Origin: Candidatus Woesearchaeota archaeon
GTDB lineage: Archaea > Nanobdellota > Nanobdellia > Woesearchaeales > DSVV01
Reading direction: 5' to 3'
Assembly: GCA_018303325.1 (NCBI GenBank)
Contig: JAGVYH010000003.1
Span: 1-60,976, forward strand
Length of the DNA: 60,976 nt
The position numbers were made by a program, and so were the translations under genes. The notes under the pieces were generated by a model that ran no database searches, had not been told where the DNA came from, and saw nothing but the letters and a program-made list of their open reading frames with translations. Below, piece by piece: positions 1 through 7,733 of the stretch; positions within the stretch are counted from its first letter, which is position 1; each line of letters starts with the position of its first letter.

Positions 1-66
1 TAGCCAAAGTTTATCAGTATCATCTTTTTTCATTAAATGACATATATAGAATCCAGAGTTTATAAA

Positions 67-303
67 TTATGGCATTTTATTTTGAGTCAAGCCCTTAGGA
101 CCTCTTAACTCTTCAGCTTTTTTTCGCAAGTAATCAACAACTTGATCTTCGGTTGGTTCTGTAAATCTTACAGGCATGATTACTTTTGTTATGTCTATTG
201 ATTGTTCTCCTACAGGATTATCACAGTTAAGAATAACTTGTTCCCTTTTAGTATAAACCAAATTATCAAATACTGCCGTATATCCTTGCAATTCTAATGT
301 CAT
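67..303 (-). CDS. hypothetical protein (78 aa)
   Basis: Intact ATG-initiated ORF; no motif recognised. Confidence 0.4.
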   Translation of the reverse strand: MTLELQGYTAVFDNLVYTKREQVILNCDNPVGEQSIDITKVIMPVRFTEPTEDQVVDYLRKKAEELRGPKGLTQNKMP

Positions 304-444
304 TTTTTAAACCCCCTGTTTGTTACTAAACTTAATCTGTCTGCTATAAATAAACTAAAAATAGGCTGCTTATATATAAATGTTGTGGTTATTTATCACT
401 ATGCAGTAAGAATATTTATGATTAAGTAAACAAGTTAAGAATAT

Positions 445-825
445 CTATTTCTGCACTTTTTTGTACGAATCAACCATATCACAATCAAGAAAAGGGCGTT
501 TCAGTCCTCTGTACCATTTAAGCTCTTTTAGTTTGTCGCCTACATTTAATTGGCCGCATGAATCAATAACTTTATTTGGTAAATATAAACAACCCCACTT
601 TTTATCTATCTCAATCTCTTTCACGCAAAACTCTATACCTGTATCACCATCTGTACTGCAATCAACATCTACACTTAAAACACTGGTATCTTCGATTGTT
701 TTGCGCTCATAACAGCAATGTTTACCAAGCAGTCCTACACCTGCTATAATTACACCATAGAATACAAGATTAGCAACAACTTCAATTGTTTTATTTGTGT
801 AGTGTTTGAGTTTTTCTGATGACAT
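445..825 (-). CDS. single-pass membrane protein, family-A ectodomain
   Basis: N-terminal hydrophobic helix (VVANLVFYGVIIAGVGLL). C-terminal part aligns by eye with the C-terminus of 9925..10770 and with the disrupted gene 1479..2002 (RKTIED...LNVGDKLKE...CD). Confidence 0.55.
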   Translation of the reverse strand: MSSEKLKHYTNKTIEVVANLVFYGVIIAGVGLLGKHCCYERKTIEDTSVLSVDVDCSTDGDTGIEFCVKEIEIDKKWGCLYLPNKVIDSCGQLNVGDKLKELKWYRGLKRPFLDCDMVDSYKKVQK

Positions 826-846
826 TTTCTCTGCCTTTTTTATGTT

Positions 847-1437
847 TTACTTTGCGCTTTCCTTATCTTTTTGCTGGTATTTCTTTCTCCATAAGTGCGG
901 GCTTTCAAATTGCGGTTTTGGAGAAGTTTCAAAGGCATCTTTTATCTGCAAAGCAAATTCAGGAAATCCGTTGTCACCGTAAAAACTGACGGTTTCATAC
1001 GCCAAACCTGCTTTAATAAGTTTCACTGCCAATAATTCTCCGTCGACAAGAACGTGCGCAAGAGTTCTGCCATATTTATCTTTCTTGTCCTCAAGGATTG
1101 TAACTCTCTTTGCCTCGTCTAAAAGCTTATTTGTCAGATTAACTGCTTCTCTGCCATATTCTTGGTCTTGGAAGATGCCATGCTCTGGATGAGCAATTTC
1201 AGGCGTGTCAAGGCCGAGGATTCTGATATATTTATCGCTGCAATAAAGCGAATCTCCGTCGTCATGCTTAATCCTTTCATGAGGACAGATGTAAGATTGT
1301 ATCTGTGAAGGCTTATCTGCATCTCTATCTTTTTCAGCTCTTAAATAATAGTCAGCTAAGGCGCATAGAGCAACAGCACCTACCAAAGAGGATATGACTA
1401 TTGTTGGCTTGATAATTCTGTTTAAAGTTATATTCAT
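847..1437 (-). CDS. membrane-anchored thermonuclease (staphylococcal nuclease / SNase-like)
   Basis: N-terminal TM helix, then SNase-type motifs: DGDSLY..IRILGLDTPE, EYGREA, DKYGRTLAHVLVDG, LIKAGLA. Confidence 0.8.
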   Translation of the reverse strand: MNITLNRIIKPTIVISSLVGAVALCALADYYLRAEKDRDADKPSQIQSYICPHERIKHDDGDSLYCSDKYIRILGLDTPEIAHPEHGIFQDQEYGREAVNLTNKLLDEAKRVTILEDKKDKYGRTLAHVLVDGELLAVKLIKAGLAYETVSFYGDNGFPEFALQIKDAFETSPKPQFESPHLWRKKYQQKDKESAK

Positions 1438-1478
1438 ATTCCCACCCCATTAAATTAAAAGGAAATCCCTTCGTCTTT

Positions 1479-2002
1479 TTATTCTTTCTCATAACTTTTT
1501 ATGCAATTGCATCTTGTCAATGGGCATAGAAAGTAAGTCGCATTTTTTAATTTATCGCCAATATTTAATTTATCCAGCCCATCTCCTCTTAAACAGACAT
1601 TATAATTGTTCAATGAGATAGTTGGCTGTAACTCTGTATAATGCTCAGGATAATCTGTGCCATTATCCCTGAATAAGTCAACATGATCTTCTCCTTTCGC
1701 AATAATATAGTAAGTGACCTAAATTTTTATACAAATCGTGTCACTTACTATATTTGTCGGACATAACTATTTGTATAAGTATTTATGTCCGACATTATAG
1801 TTGCATTTTCAATTGTTCGAGGATATCTTTGGTAAGCTAAAGCGCCAGCCATTAATACGGCAATTGACAACAGTGCATATTCCCTTATTCTGCTTAGTGA
1901 TATTGATTGTCTGCTTAATGAAGAGGAGTGAGATATTTCAGTTTCATCGATGCCTGTTGTTTTATCGTAGATTGATGGCATTTTGATCAGCTTCCTTTGC
2001 AT
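1479..2002 (-). pseudogene. family-A membrane protein gene split by insertion of a hairpin (H) element
   Basis: ORF 1748..2002 encodes TM + RTIENATI, then runs into the repeat and stops (MSDINTYTNSYVRQI is translated repeat). Beyond the repeat an open frame (1479..~1705) reads IIAKGEDHVDLFRDNG...LNIGDKLKNATYF...RCNC..., matching the C-terminal domain of intact paralogs 445..825 and 9925..10770. Confidence 0.55.
1706..1799. mobile_element. H element, two-hairpin version (tagtaagtgac/gtcacttacta and tgtcggacataa/ttatgtccgaca hairpins)
   Basis: Near-identical to part of the repeats at 17031..17210 and 23473..23702. Sits inside a coding frame that continues on both sides. Confidence 0.6.
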
Positions 2003-2099
2003 TTTTCATTCATTTGTTTAAAATAGCGGTTGTATATCTCAGCACCTCTTTTTGAATCTATTTCTGGATTATTTATTCTTTCATCGTGATAAGTGATGC

Positions 2100-2498
2100 T
2101 TATAGTGACACAATCGCCTTTTTTTTGAAAAGCGCCATTAATTCAGCTTTACAAAGGTCTAATTGCATGTTAATATAATAGTCAGGACTATAACCATTTT
2201 CCTTATCTCTTTCCATTTCGTAACGCTTAATAAACAATAAGTCATTATTATCTTCTGTTTTTACTGAGTATACCACCTGATATAAATTATATTGAAACTC
2301 ACGCTGATTATCATCACGACTACTAAACTCAGTGATTAATCCTTCAAGAGAAACTTCTGTTACTTTCTCTTTTTTTAATTCTTGGTTTATTTCAGGTTCT
2401 ATATAAAAATTAAAATATAACCATATTGCATTTATAATATTTGAGGGGATTATTAATCCAATCATCTTTTCTTTAAGCAGTTTAAACATTTTGGTCAC
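2100..2498 (-). CDS. membrane-anchored protein, family-B domain
   Basis: N-terminal hydrophobic segment. The block VTEVSLEGLITEF...LLFIKRYEME matches VREVSLEGLVTEV...LLFINRAHIR in the N-terminal half of 9925..10770. Confidence 0.5.
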   Translation of the reverse strand: MTKMFKLLKEKMIGLIIPSNIINAIWLYFNFYIEPEINQELKKEKVTEVSLEGLITEFSSRDDNQREFQYNLYQVVYSVKTEDNNDLLFIKRYEMERDKENGYSPDYYINMQLDLCKAELMALFKKKAIVSL

Positions 2499-2516
2499 AT
2501 TTAGTATATACTAAAG

Positions 2517-3911
2517 TCAACCACTATATCTATACTTAGCCAGGAGAGGAGTTATCTTTCTAAACGCTTTTTGTTGTAATTGATGTACTCTCTGTTTGCT
2601 TATACCTCCTAATTCTTTTGCAACATCTTCTACTATCATTGGCTCTCCGTCCAGCCCCCAATGCAAAGAGATTAGACGTTTTTCTCTTTCACCTAATTGT
2701 TTTAATGCGCGATTAACCGCTTTGCGTAAATCATTTTCTTCTGATATATTTTCTAATATATCTAATGAGCTTTGTTCATTATTAGATATAATCTCCATAA
2801 TAGAACATTTTCTGTTATCTCCTACTGATTTATCCAACTCTAAGATATACATTAAATTTATTCTTGATTCCAAGAATAAAATTTGTTCATCATCAATACC
2901 CATTTTTTTGTATACTTCTTCTTTTTCAGGCTCTCTTCCTAATTCCTTTTTGCATCCTTCTCTTGCTCTTTTATATTCTCTGCATAGTTTATTGAAGCCA
3001 GGCGGAGTTCTTATTAGTCTGCTTTTATTGTCAATTTCTCTGCGGATTTCTCCGTCAATTATTATCCCAGCATAAACACTAAACTTCACGCCTAAACTGC
3101 CATTAAACCGTTCTATAGCTTTCATTAATCCAATATTGCCTTCCTGTATTAAATCTGTAATTTCAAGTTTTCTGGGGTTTGCAAAACCATTGTTTTCATA
3201 TCTTCTGGCAAAGTAAATAACATATCCAAGATATTGCTTGATTATATTTTCCCATGAAGACATATAATTTTTTAATAACACATTTAATTCACCTGCTTTT
3301 TCATCTATCTTGCCTTCTTTACAGCATTCTGTTCTATGATTTTTTTTATAGTTCTCAACAATACGTTCATAATAACTGTTGATAATATGCATTTTCTCAA
3401 GATATCCTGCCATTTCTGCGTATACTCTTTTTGCTCTTTTTTGTTTTTCTTCATCGCTTATTTTATCTTCTGGCTTATTTTGCGCTTCAATTCTTTCATC
3501 TTCTTTTCTTCCAATTTGTTCATCTTCTCTTCTTCTAATTATTTCATCTATTCTTTTGTCAAGTAATTTCATATTACAATAATAATTGGCAATTAATTTG
3601 TATTTTTCATTTTCACTTTTTGTATCTAACCCTGCCAGACTAAAATCTTCGTCAGGATTTGCGATTATTCTTTCAATCTCTCCAAACAATTCTTTTTTGG
3701 CATATCTGCACAAATACTCAAAAAAATTTGTTCTGCTTTGCGCAAGCTGGTGAAATAAATTATTCTCCTCTTTTCGAGAAGGTATTTTTGGAGGACCAAC
3801 TTCAGATAAATAAAGTGAAATAGAGGATAACCTATCTCTCGGCAGCTTGTTTCTATCTTCTTTTGGAGTAATGTTCTCTCTGTATTCTTTTGTGATAGTT
3901 TCGTATACCAT
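2517..3911 (-). CDS. sigma-70 family RNA polymerase sigma factor homolog (RpoD-like, regions 1.2, 2, 3, 4)
   Basis: DLIQEGNIGLMKAIERF..G.KFSVYA (region 2), IRTPPGFNKL...LGREPEKEEV (region 3), LGEREKRLISLHWGL...VEDVAKELGGISKQRVHQLQQKAFRKI (region 4). A long charged insertion sits between regions 1.2 and 2. Confidence 0.85.
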   Translation of the reverse strand: MVYETITKEYRENITPKEDRNKLPRDRLSSISLYLSEVGPPKIPSRKEENNLFHQLAQSRTNFFEYLCRYAKKELFGEIERIIANPDEDFSLAGLDTKSENEKYKLIANYYCNMKLLDKRIDEIIRRREDEQIGRKEDERIEAQNKPEDKISDEEKQKRAKRVYAEMAGYLEKMHIINSYYERIVENYKKNHRTECCKEGKIDEKAGELNVLLKNYMSSWENIIKQYLGYVIYFARRYENNGFANPRKLEITDLIQEGNIGLMKAIERFNGSLGVKFSVYAGIIIDGEIRREIDNKSRLIRTPPGFNKLCREYKRAREGCKKELGREPEKEEVYKKMGIDDEQILFLESRINLMYILELDKSVGDNRKCSIMEIISNNEQSSLDILENISEENDLRKAVNRALKQLGEREKRLISLHWGLDGEPMIVEDVAKELGGISKQRVHQLQQKAFRKITPLLAKYRYSG

Positions 3912-3971
3912 TTTTGTTTATTCTAACCCATTTATTACATGTAAGACTTCTGTAGGTTGCTATTATTTACA

Positions 3972-5417
3972 TTATTGCATTTGATATCCTGCTTCTTTAT
4001 ATTGCCCAAAAACAGCTCTGTCAAAAAGAGATATTTCCCATCCTTTTGTCTGGAACATACAATCTGTTTCAAATTTAGGTCTTCTCTCTTCAATATTTCT
4101 CATTACTTCAAAAATCTTATCTAAAGGATTATCTTTGATAAATCTTGGTGAAAAGTAAAGCAGAAACGGAAATTGCTCGACGTATCCATTTGAATCGACT
4201 CCTTTAAAATCTAACAAATCATAAATTGAGATTGTTCTAGCCAGAGAATAACTAATAACTGTTGGAAGTGTTTCTATTATCTTATTTGTAGCTTCTGCAT
4301 CATGTCTTGAATCAAGGAATTCATAAATTAAATTAGTTTTAGCCAGAGAACAACCAAGAACAGCTGGATGTATTTCTACTATTTTATTTGTAATTTCTGT
4401 GTCATGTCTTGAGTCGAGAAACTCATAGATAAAAGATGTTCGTTTAAGAGAATAGCGAAGAACCGTTGGACGTATTTCTACTATTCTATCTGTAGCTTTT
4501 TGTTCATGTCTTGAGTCAAGAAATTCATAAATTGAATTAGTTCTAGCCAGAGAATAACTAATAACTGCCGGAAGTGTCTCTACTATTTTATTTGTAGCTT
4601 TTTGTCCATGTCTTGAGTCAAGGAATTTATAAATTGAACTTGTTCTTTTAAAAGAGCATCTAAAAACAGAAGGCTGTGTTTCTACTATCTTATTAGTAGC
4701 TTTTTGTTCATGCCTTGAGTCAAGGAATTTATAAATTGAAGTAGTCCTTAACAGAGAATAACCAAGAACTGTTGGAAGCATTTCTACTATTTTATTAGTC
4801 GCTTTTTGTTCATGCCTTGAATCAAGAAAATTATAAATTGAATTAGTTCTAGCAAGAGAATAACTAAGAACAGTGGGATGTGTTTCTACTATTTTATTAG
4901 TCGCTTTTTGTTCATGCCTTGTGTCAAGAAAATTATAAATTGAAATTGTCCTTGCAAGAGAACAGCGAAAAATAGCAGGATGTGATTCTACTATTTTATT
5001 TGTGGCTTCTGCGTCATGCCTTGAGTCAAGGAATTCATAAATTGAACGTGTCCTAGCCAGAGAATAGCCAAGAACAGTTGGATGTATTTCTACTGTTCTA
5101 TTTGTAGTTTTTTGTCCGTGTCTTGAGTCGAGGAATTTATAAATTGAACGTGTCCTAGCCAGAGAACAGCCAAGAATACTTGGAAATGCTTTTATTATTT
5201 TATATGCAGCTTCTGTGCCATGTCTTGTGTATAAAAAGAAAACTCTTGTGTGGCTCTCTTCTGAAATATCTCTTGAACAAGCAAGAATGAAGTCTAAACT
5301 AAAGCGTGTAGTATCATAGTTAACTTCACTGGCAAACTTAACTAGTGCTGCTTTTTTTCGCGCAGTTAATCCTTCTTTTTCATTAATTTGATATACTATC
5401 TGTTCTAATTCTCTCAT
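3972..5417 (-). CDS. helical repeat protein with ~10 tandem 34-aa repeats, mTERF-like
   Basis: Repeat consensus SLARTxSIYxFLDSRHxxKATNKIVExxPxVLxY. The P-x-[IV]-L-x-[YC]-S-L ... [FI]-L pattern resembles mTERF motifs; a TPR-like helical repeat is the alternative. Confidence 0.6.
   Translation of the reverse strand: MRELEQIVYQINEKEGLTARKKAALVKFASEVNYDTTRFSLDFILACSRDISEESHTRVFFLYTRHGTEAAYKIIKAFPSILGCSLARTRSIYKFLDSRHGQKTTNRTVEIHPTVLGYSLARTRSIYEFLDSRHDAEATNKIVESHPAIFRCSLARTISIYNFLDTRHEQKATNKIVETHPTVLSYSLARTNSIYNFLDSRHEQKATNKIVEMLPTVLGYSLLRTTSIYKFLDSRHEQKATNKIVETQPSVFRCSFKRTSSIYKFLDSRHGQKATNKIVETLPAVISYSLARTNSIYEFLDSRHEQKATDRIVEIRPTVLRYSLKRTSFIYEFLDSRHDTEITNKIVEIHPAVLGCSLAKTNLIYEFLDSRHDAEATNKIIETLPTVISYSLARTISIYDLLDFKGVDSNGYVEQFPFLLYFSPRFIKDNPLDKIFEVMRNIEERRPKFETDCMFQTKGWEISLFDRAVFGQYKEAGYQMQ
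4150..5190 (-). repeat. coding tandem repeat, 102-bp period, about 10 copies
   Basis: Recurring ...catg(t/c)cttgagtc(a/g)aggaa(t/a)t(t/c)ataaattgaa... blocks every 102 nt on the plus strand. Confidence 0.8.
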
Positions 5418-5421
5418 CTTT

Positions 5422-5604
5422 CTAACCTATTGGCGCATATTCTCTATTGTCTGGCTTCTTAGAACCATCATCCCCCGTTGTGATTGCTGTTGCAGAAAAG
5501 TATGCGTCATAAACTTGCTTAAAATTACTTCTAATCAAATCTGTGAATTGGATACTTTGTTCAACCTTTACTTCAAGACCATTTTCTTGCATTTGTTTCA
5601 CCAT
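5422..5604 (-). CDS. hypothetical protein (60 aa), first gene of the putative sigma/mTERF-like operon
   Basis: ATG ORF ending 4 nt before the start of 3972..5417; no motif recognised. Confidence 0.4.
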   Translation of the reverse strand: MVKQMQENGLEVKVEQSIQFTDLIRSNFKQVYDAYFSATAITTGDDGSKKPDNREYAPIG

Positions 5605-5684
5605 TTAAGGATATTTTTATCTCTAAAATCTAATTTTTCCACCACTATATTCACTGATGGTCAAGTGGAAAAATCAGGGTTAAA

Positions 5685-5765
5685 GAAAACCGACCAGAGT
5701 CCGTAGGACGAGAATGCCACCAATCTATTGACTGGTGGTGGTCGGTTTTCTTTTTTCTTTTTATA
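5685..5765. terminator. long compound hairpin followed by T-runs
   Basis: agaaaaccgacc...ggtcggttttct outer stem enclosing ccaccaatctattgactggtgg and gtccgtaggac hairpins, then ttttttcttttt. Lies between two minus-strand genes. Confidence 0.35.
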
Positions 5766-5771
5766 AAAAAT

Positions 5772-6788
5772 TCACATCTTGTCAAATGTTTTCAATGCTG
5801 CTTCAATCAGCTGGCTTTTTGCAGTATCTGAATCTACGTCATAAAATTCGTGTTTTAACTTTCCTTCACTTAATATGTATCTGTCGCTTCCAATAACAAG
5901 GCTTGCAGCATGTTTTCCCATGAGTTTTGCAGTCATAAATAACGAAGCTGCTTCCATCTCGACGTAGCTAGGTCTTGGTTTGTAAGAATAAAACTCTCCG
6001 TTAATCAATTCTTCAATTACTGCTGTCGGCTGAAAATAATAAATAGGCATTGTAAATCCAATCGCTAAGCTGTATATTCTGTGTTCTATGTTGAAAGTTT
6101 CGCTTATTTTTTTTGTAAGTTCCTCTGATGGTCTTGCAATAAGAGTGTTATCATAAGCATTTTGTTCAGGTGCTGATAGGATTAATGCAGCTGCATCTTT
6201 ATAAGATCCGCTTGAGATTATAGGTGTTCCTTCTTTTTGTTTTTCACCAATCAAGCCACAAGTTCCAATATGAATAATATGCTCTACACCTAATGCATAC
6301 AGTTCAGCAGCCTGTGTAGCAACACCGCCAGCACCAGGTAAACCTCTGTTTAGAATAAAATCTTTGCCGAAGTTTTTCCTGACAATATAAATTAAGTTTG
6401 GATCAGTTGAGCCTGTTTCTATTATTTTATATTGTGAAGCATTAAATCCTAATTTTTGTAGATGTTGCTCCACTTTTGCATCATGCAGAATAATCCCGCA
6501 TTTTGGCAGATTATCTAATTCTCCATGTGTGAAAACACTTTCTTTAAGCCAATCAATATATCCTTTTGGGTCTATCTCTCTAGTGCCATTACTTGGAAAA
6601 TAATTTTTCTTCAGGAATCCTGTAAGTTCTGAATCTTTTGGGCAAACATTTTTCTTTGAACCACATCCAACAACAGATAAGACCAGAGTAGATAATCCAG
6701 ATAACCCAGCTACCTGCAATAATCTTCTTCTGTCAAATTTAGTTCTTTTATCTGTTTCATATTCTTTTTCTTTATTCATTATTTTCAC
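5772..6788 (-). CDS. secreted (Tat signal + lipobox) nucleoside phosphorylase, PNP/UDP family
   Basis: FDRRRLLQVAGLSGL...VVGCGS signal. GLPGAGGVATQAAELYALGVEHIIHIGTCG and VEMEAASLF match the PNP_UDP_1 phosphate/nucleoside-binding pattern. Confidence 0.7.
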   Translation of the reverse strand: MKIMNKEKEYETDKRTKFDRRRLLQVAGLSGLSTLVLSVVGCGSKKNVCPKDSELTGFLKKNYFPSNGTREIDPKGYIDWLKESVFTHGELDNLPKCGIILHDAKVEQHLQKLGFNASQYKIIETGSTDPNLIYIVRKNFGKDFILNRGLPGAGGVATQAAELYALGVEHIIHIGTCGLIGEKQKEGTPIISSGSYKDAAALILSAPEQNAYDNTLIARPSEELTKKISETFNIEHRIYSLAIGFTMPIYYFQPTAVIEELINGEFYSYKPRPSYVEMEAASLFMTAKLMGKHAASLVIGSDRYILSEGKLKHEFYDVDSDTAKSQLIEAALKTFDKM

Positions 6789-6797
6789 CGTTTTAAA

Positions 6798-7418
6798 TCA
6801 ATGATTGTAATCTATTTTTGGATAAATCATTTCACCCTCACCAAACATGTCTGGTCCATAAAAAAAACGAAAGCTAACATGTTTTGTTGGCTTTATTACA
6901 ACAGACGGCCCTAAGAAAAAATATGGTTTTTTACCATCATCAATAGAGTTTTTACCATAACCCATAACCCCAACTTTTAAAAAATCAAACACTTGATAAT
7001 AAATAGTTGGGATGGCATAAACTTCATCTTTTGACTCTTCATTCAATCCCAAAAAGTATCTTGTTTGAAGATCAAAACTAAGCCTATCTTCTAAAGCTTT
7101 GAAACCAACATCTAATCTTGCTCCACCCCAACTGCGACCATTTTGGTCAAATTTCCAATAATTGTATAATGTTGCTGGGCCAAAATTTCTTCCAACTAAC
7201 ATATCAACACGCTGACTATTTTTAGTAAAATTATGGTCATAAGGTCTAATTTTCAGAATGTCTTTATCATTAGTAAATGTTGACTCAACTGCTACTTTAT
7301 GCACTTCTTCAGCTTGAGCTGGTTTTGCATGCGCTATATATGATGCTGATAAAAGTGTGGAAAGTGCAGTTAATTTTCTTAATGTTTTTTCAGTTTTTCT
7401 AATTAGGTTATTTTTCAT
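6798..7418 (-). CDS. secreted beta-strand-rich protein (206 aa), function unknown
   Basis: Signal peptide ending AHAKPAQA. Alternating hydrophobic strands (LSFDLQTRYFLGL, AIPTIYYQVF, VSFRFFYG). Adjacent to and co-oriented with the nucleoside phosphorylase. Confidence 0.55.
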   Translation of the reverse strand: MKNNLIRKTEKTLRKLTALSTLLSASYIAHAKPAQAEEVHKVAVESTFTNDKDILKIRPYDHNFTKNSQRVDMLVGRNFGPATLYNYWKFDQNGRSWGGARLDVGFKALEDRLSFDLQTRYFLGLNEESKDEVYAIPTIYYQVFDFLKVGVMGYGKNSIDDGKKPYFFLGPSVVIKPTKHVSFRFFYGPDMFGEGEMIYPKIDYNH

Positions 7419-7520
7419 AAGGATTAGTACGCAAGTGAGAATAATAAAATCTTCTATCTGTTTTTTTACGAAAAATATAAAGAAATCTTCAATTATTTGT
7501 GTTTCGTAAAAATTTAGTTA
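7419..7520 (-). promoter_or_regulatory. conserved upstream module M1 with inverted TTTTTACGAAAA / TTTCGTAAAAA boxes
   Basis: About 80% identical by eye to 9551..9645. Boxes at 7461..7475 and 7501..7515. Confidence 0.5.
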
Positions 7521-7733
7521 TATAACATTAAGCAAGAAATGAACCTATTGCCTTCTTAATACCATACTTTACAATGAAGTCATAAATCTTTTCTTTAAGC
7601 ATTTTGATCCTTTGTAATTATTTATTTTAAGAGTATTTCTTTTTGCTGCTTTCCATCCAACTGTTTAGTTTACTAAAAAATAAAAAAAGAAAATTAATTA
7701 GTGAACCTATAATTTCATCTCATTAAGTAATTC

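Noticed and set aside
2596-3582. Plus-strand ORFs (159, 76 and 67 aa) opposite the sigma factor gene. Similar antisense ORFs occur inside gyrB (54829..56298), the giant genes (e.g. 38119..38409, 35133..35387) and the paralogs (18059..18493).
   Set aside because: These are low-complexity Ser/Leu/Phe-rich shadow ORFs on the opposite strand of genes with strong homology signals, as is typical in AT-rich DNA.
5685-5765. Riboswitch or small structured RNA between 5422..5604 and 5772..6788.
   Set aside because: It is a single copy with no recognisable riboswitch core. A compound terminator-like hairpin with T-runs is the simpler reading, so it is kept only as a low-confidence terminator.
6798-7418. 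Outer-membrane beta-barrel or Tsx-like nucleoside channel, suggested by strand periodicity and adjacency to the nucleoside phosphorylase.
   Set aside because: No recognisable porin signature or terminal aromatic residue is present, and an outer membrane is not expected here. It is retained only as a secreted beta-rich protein.
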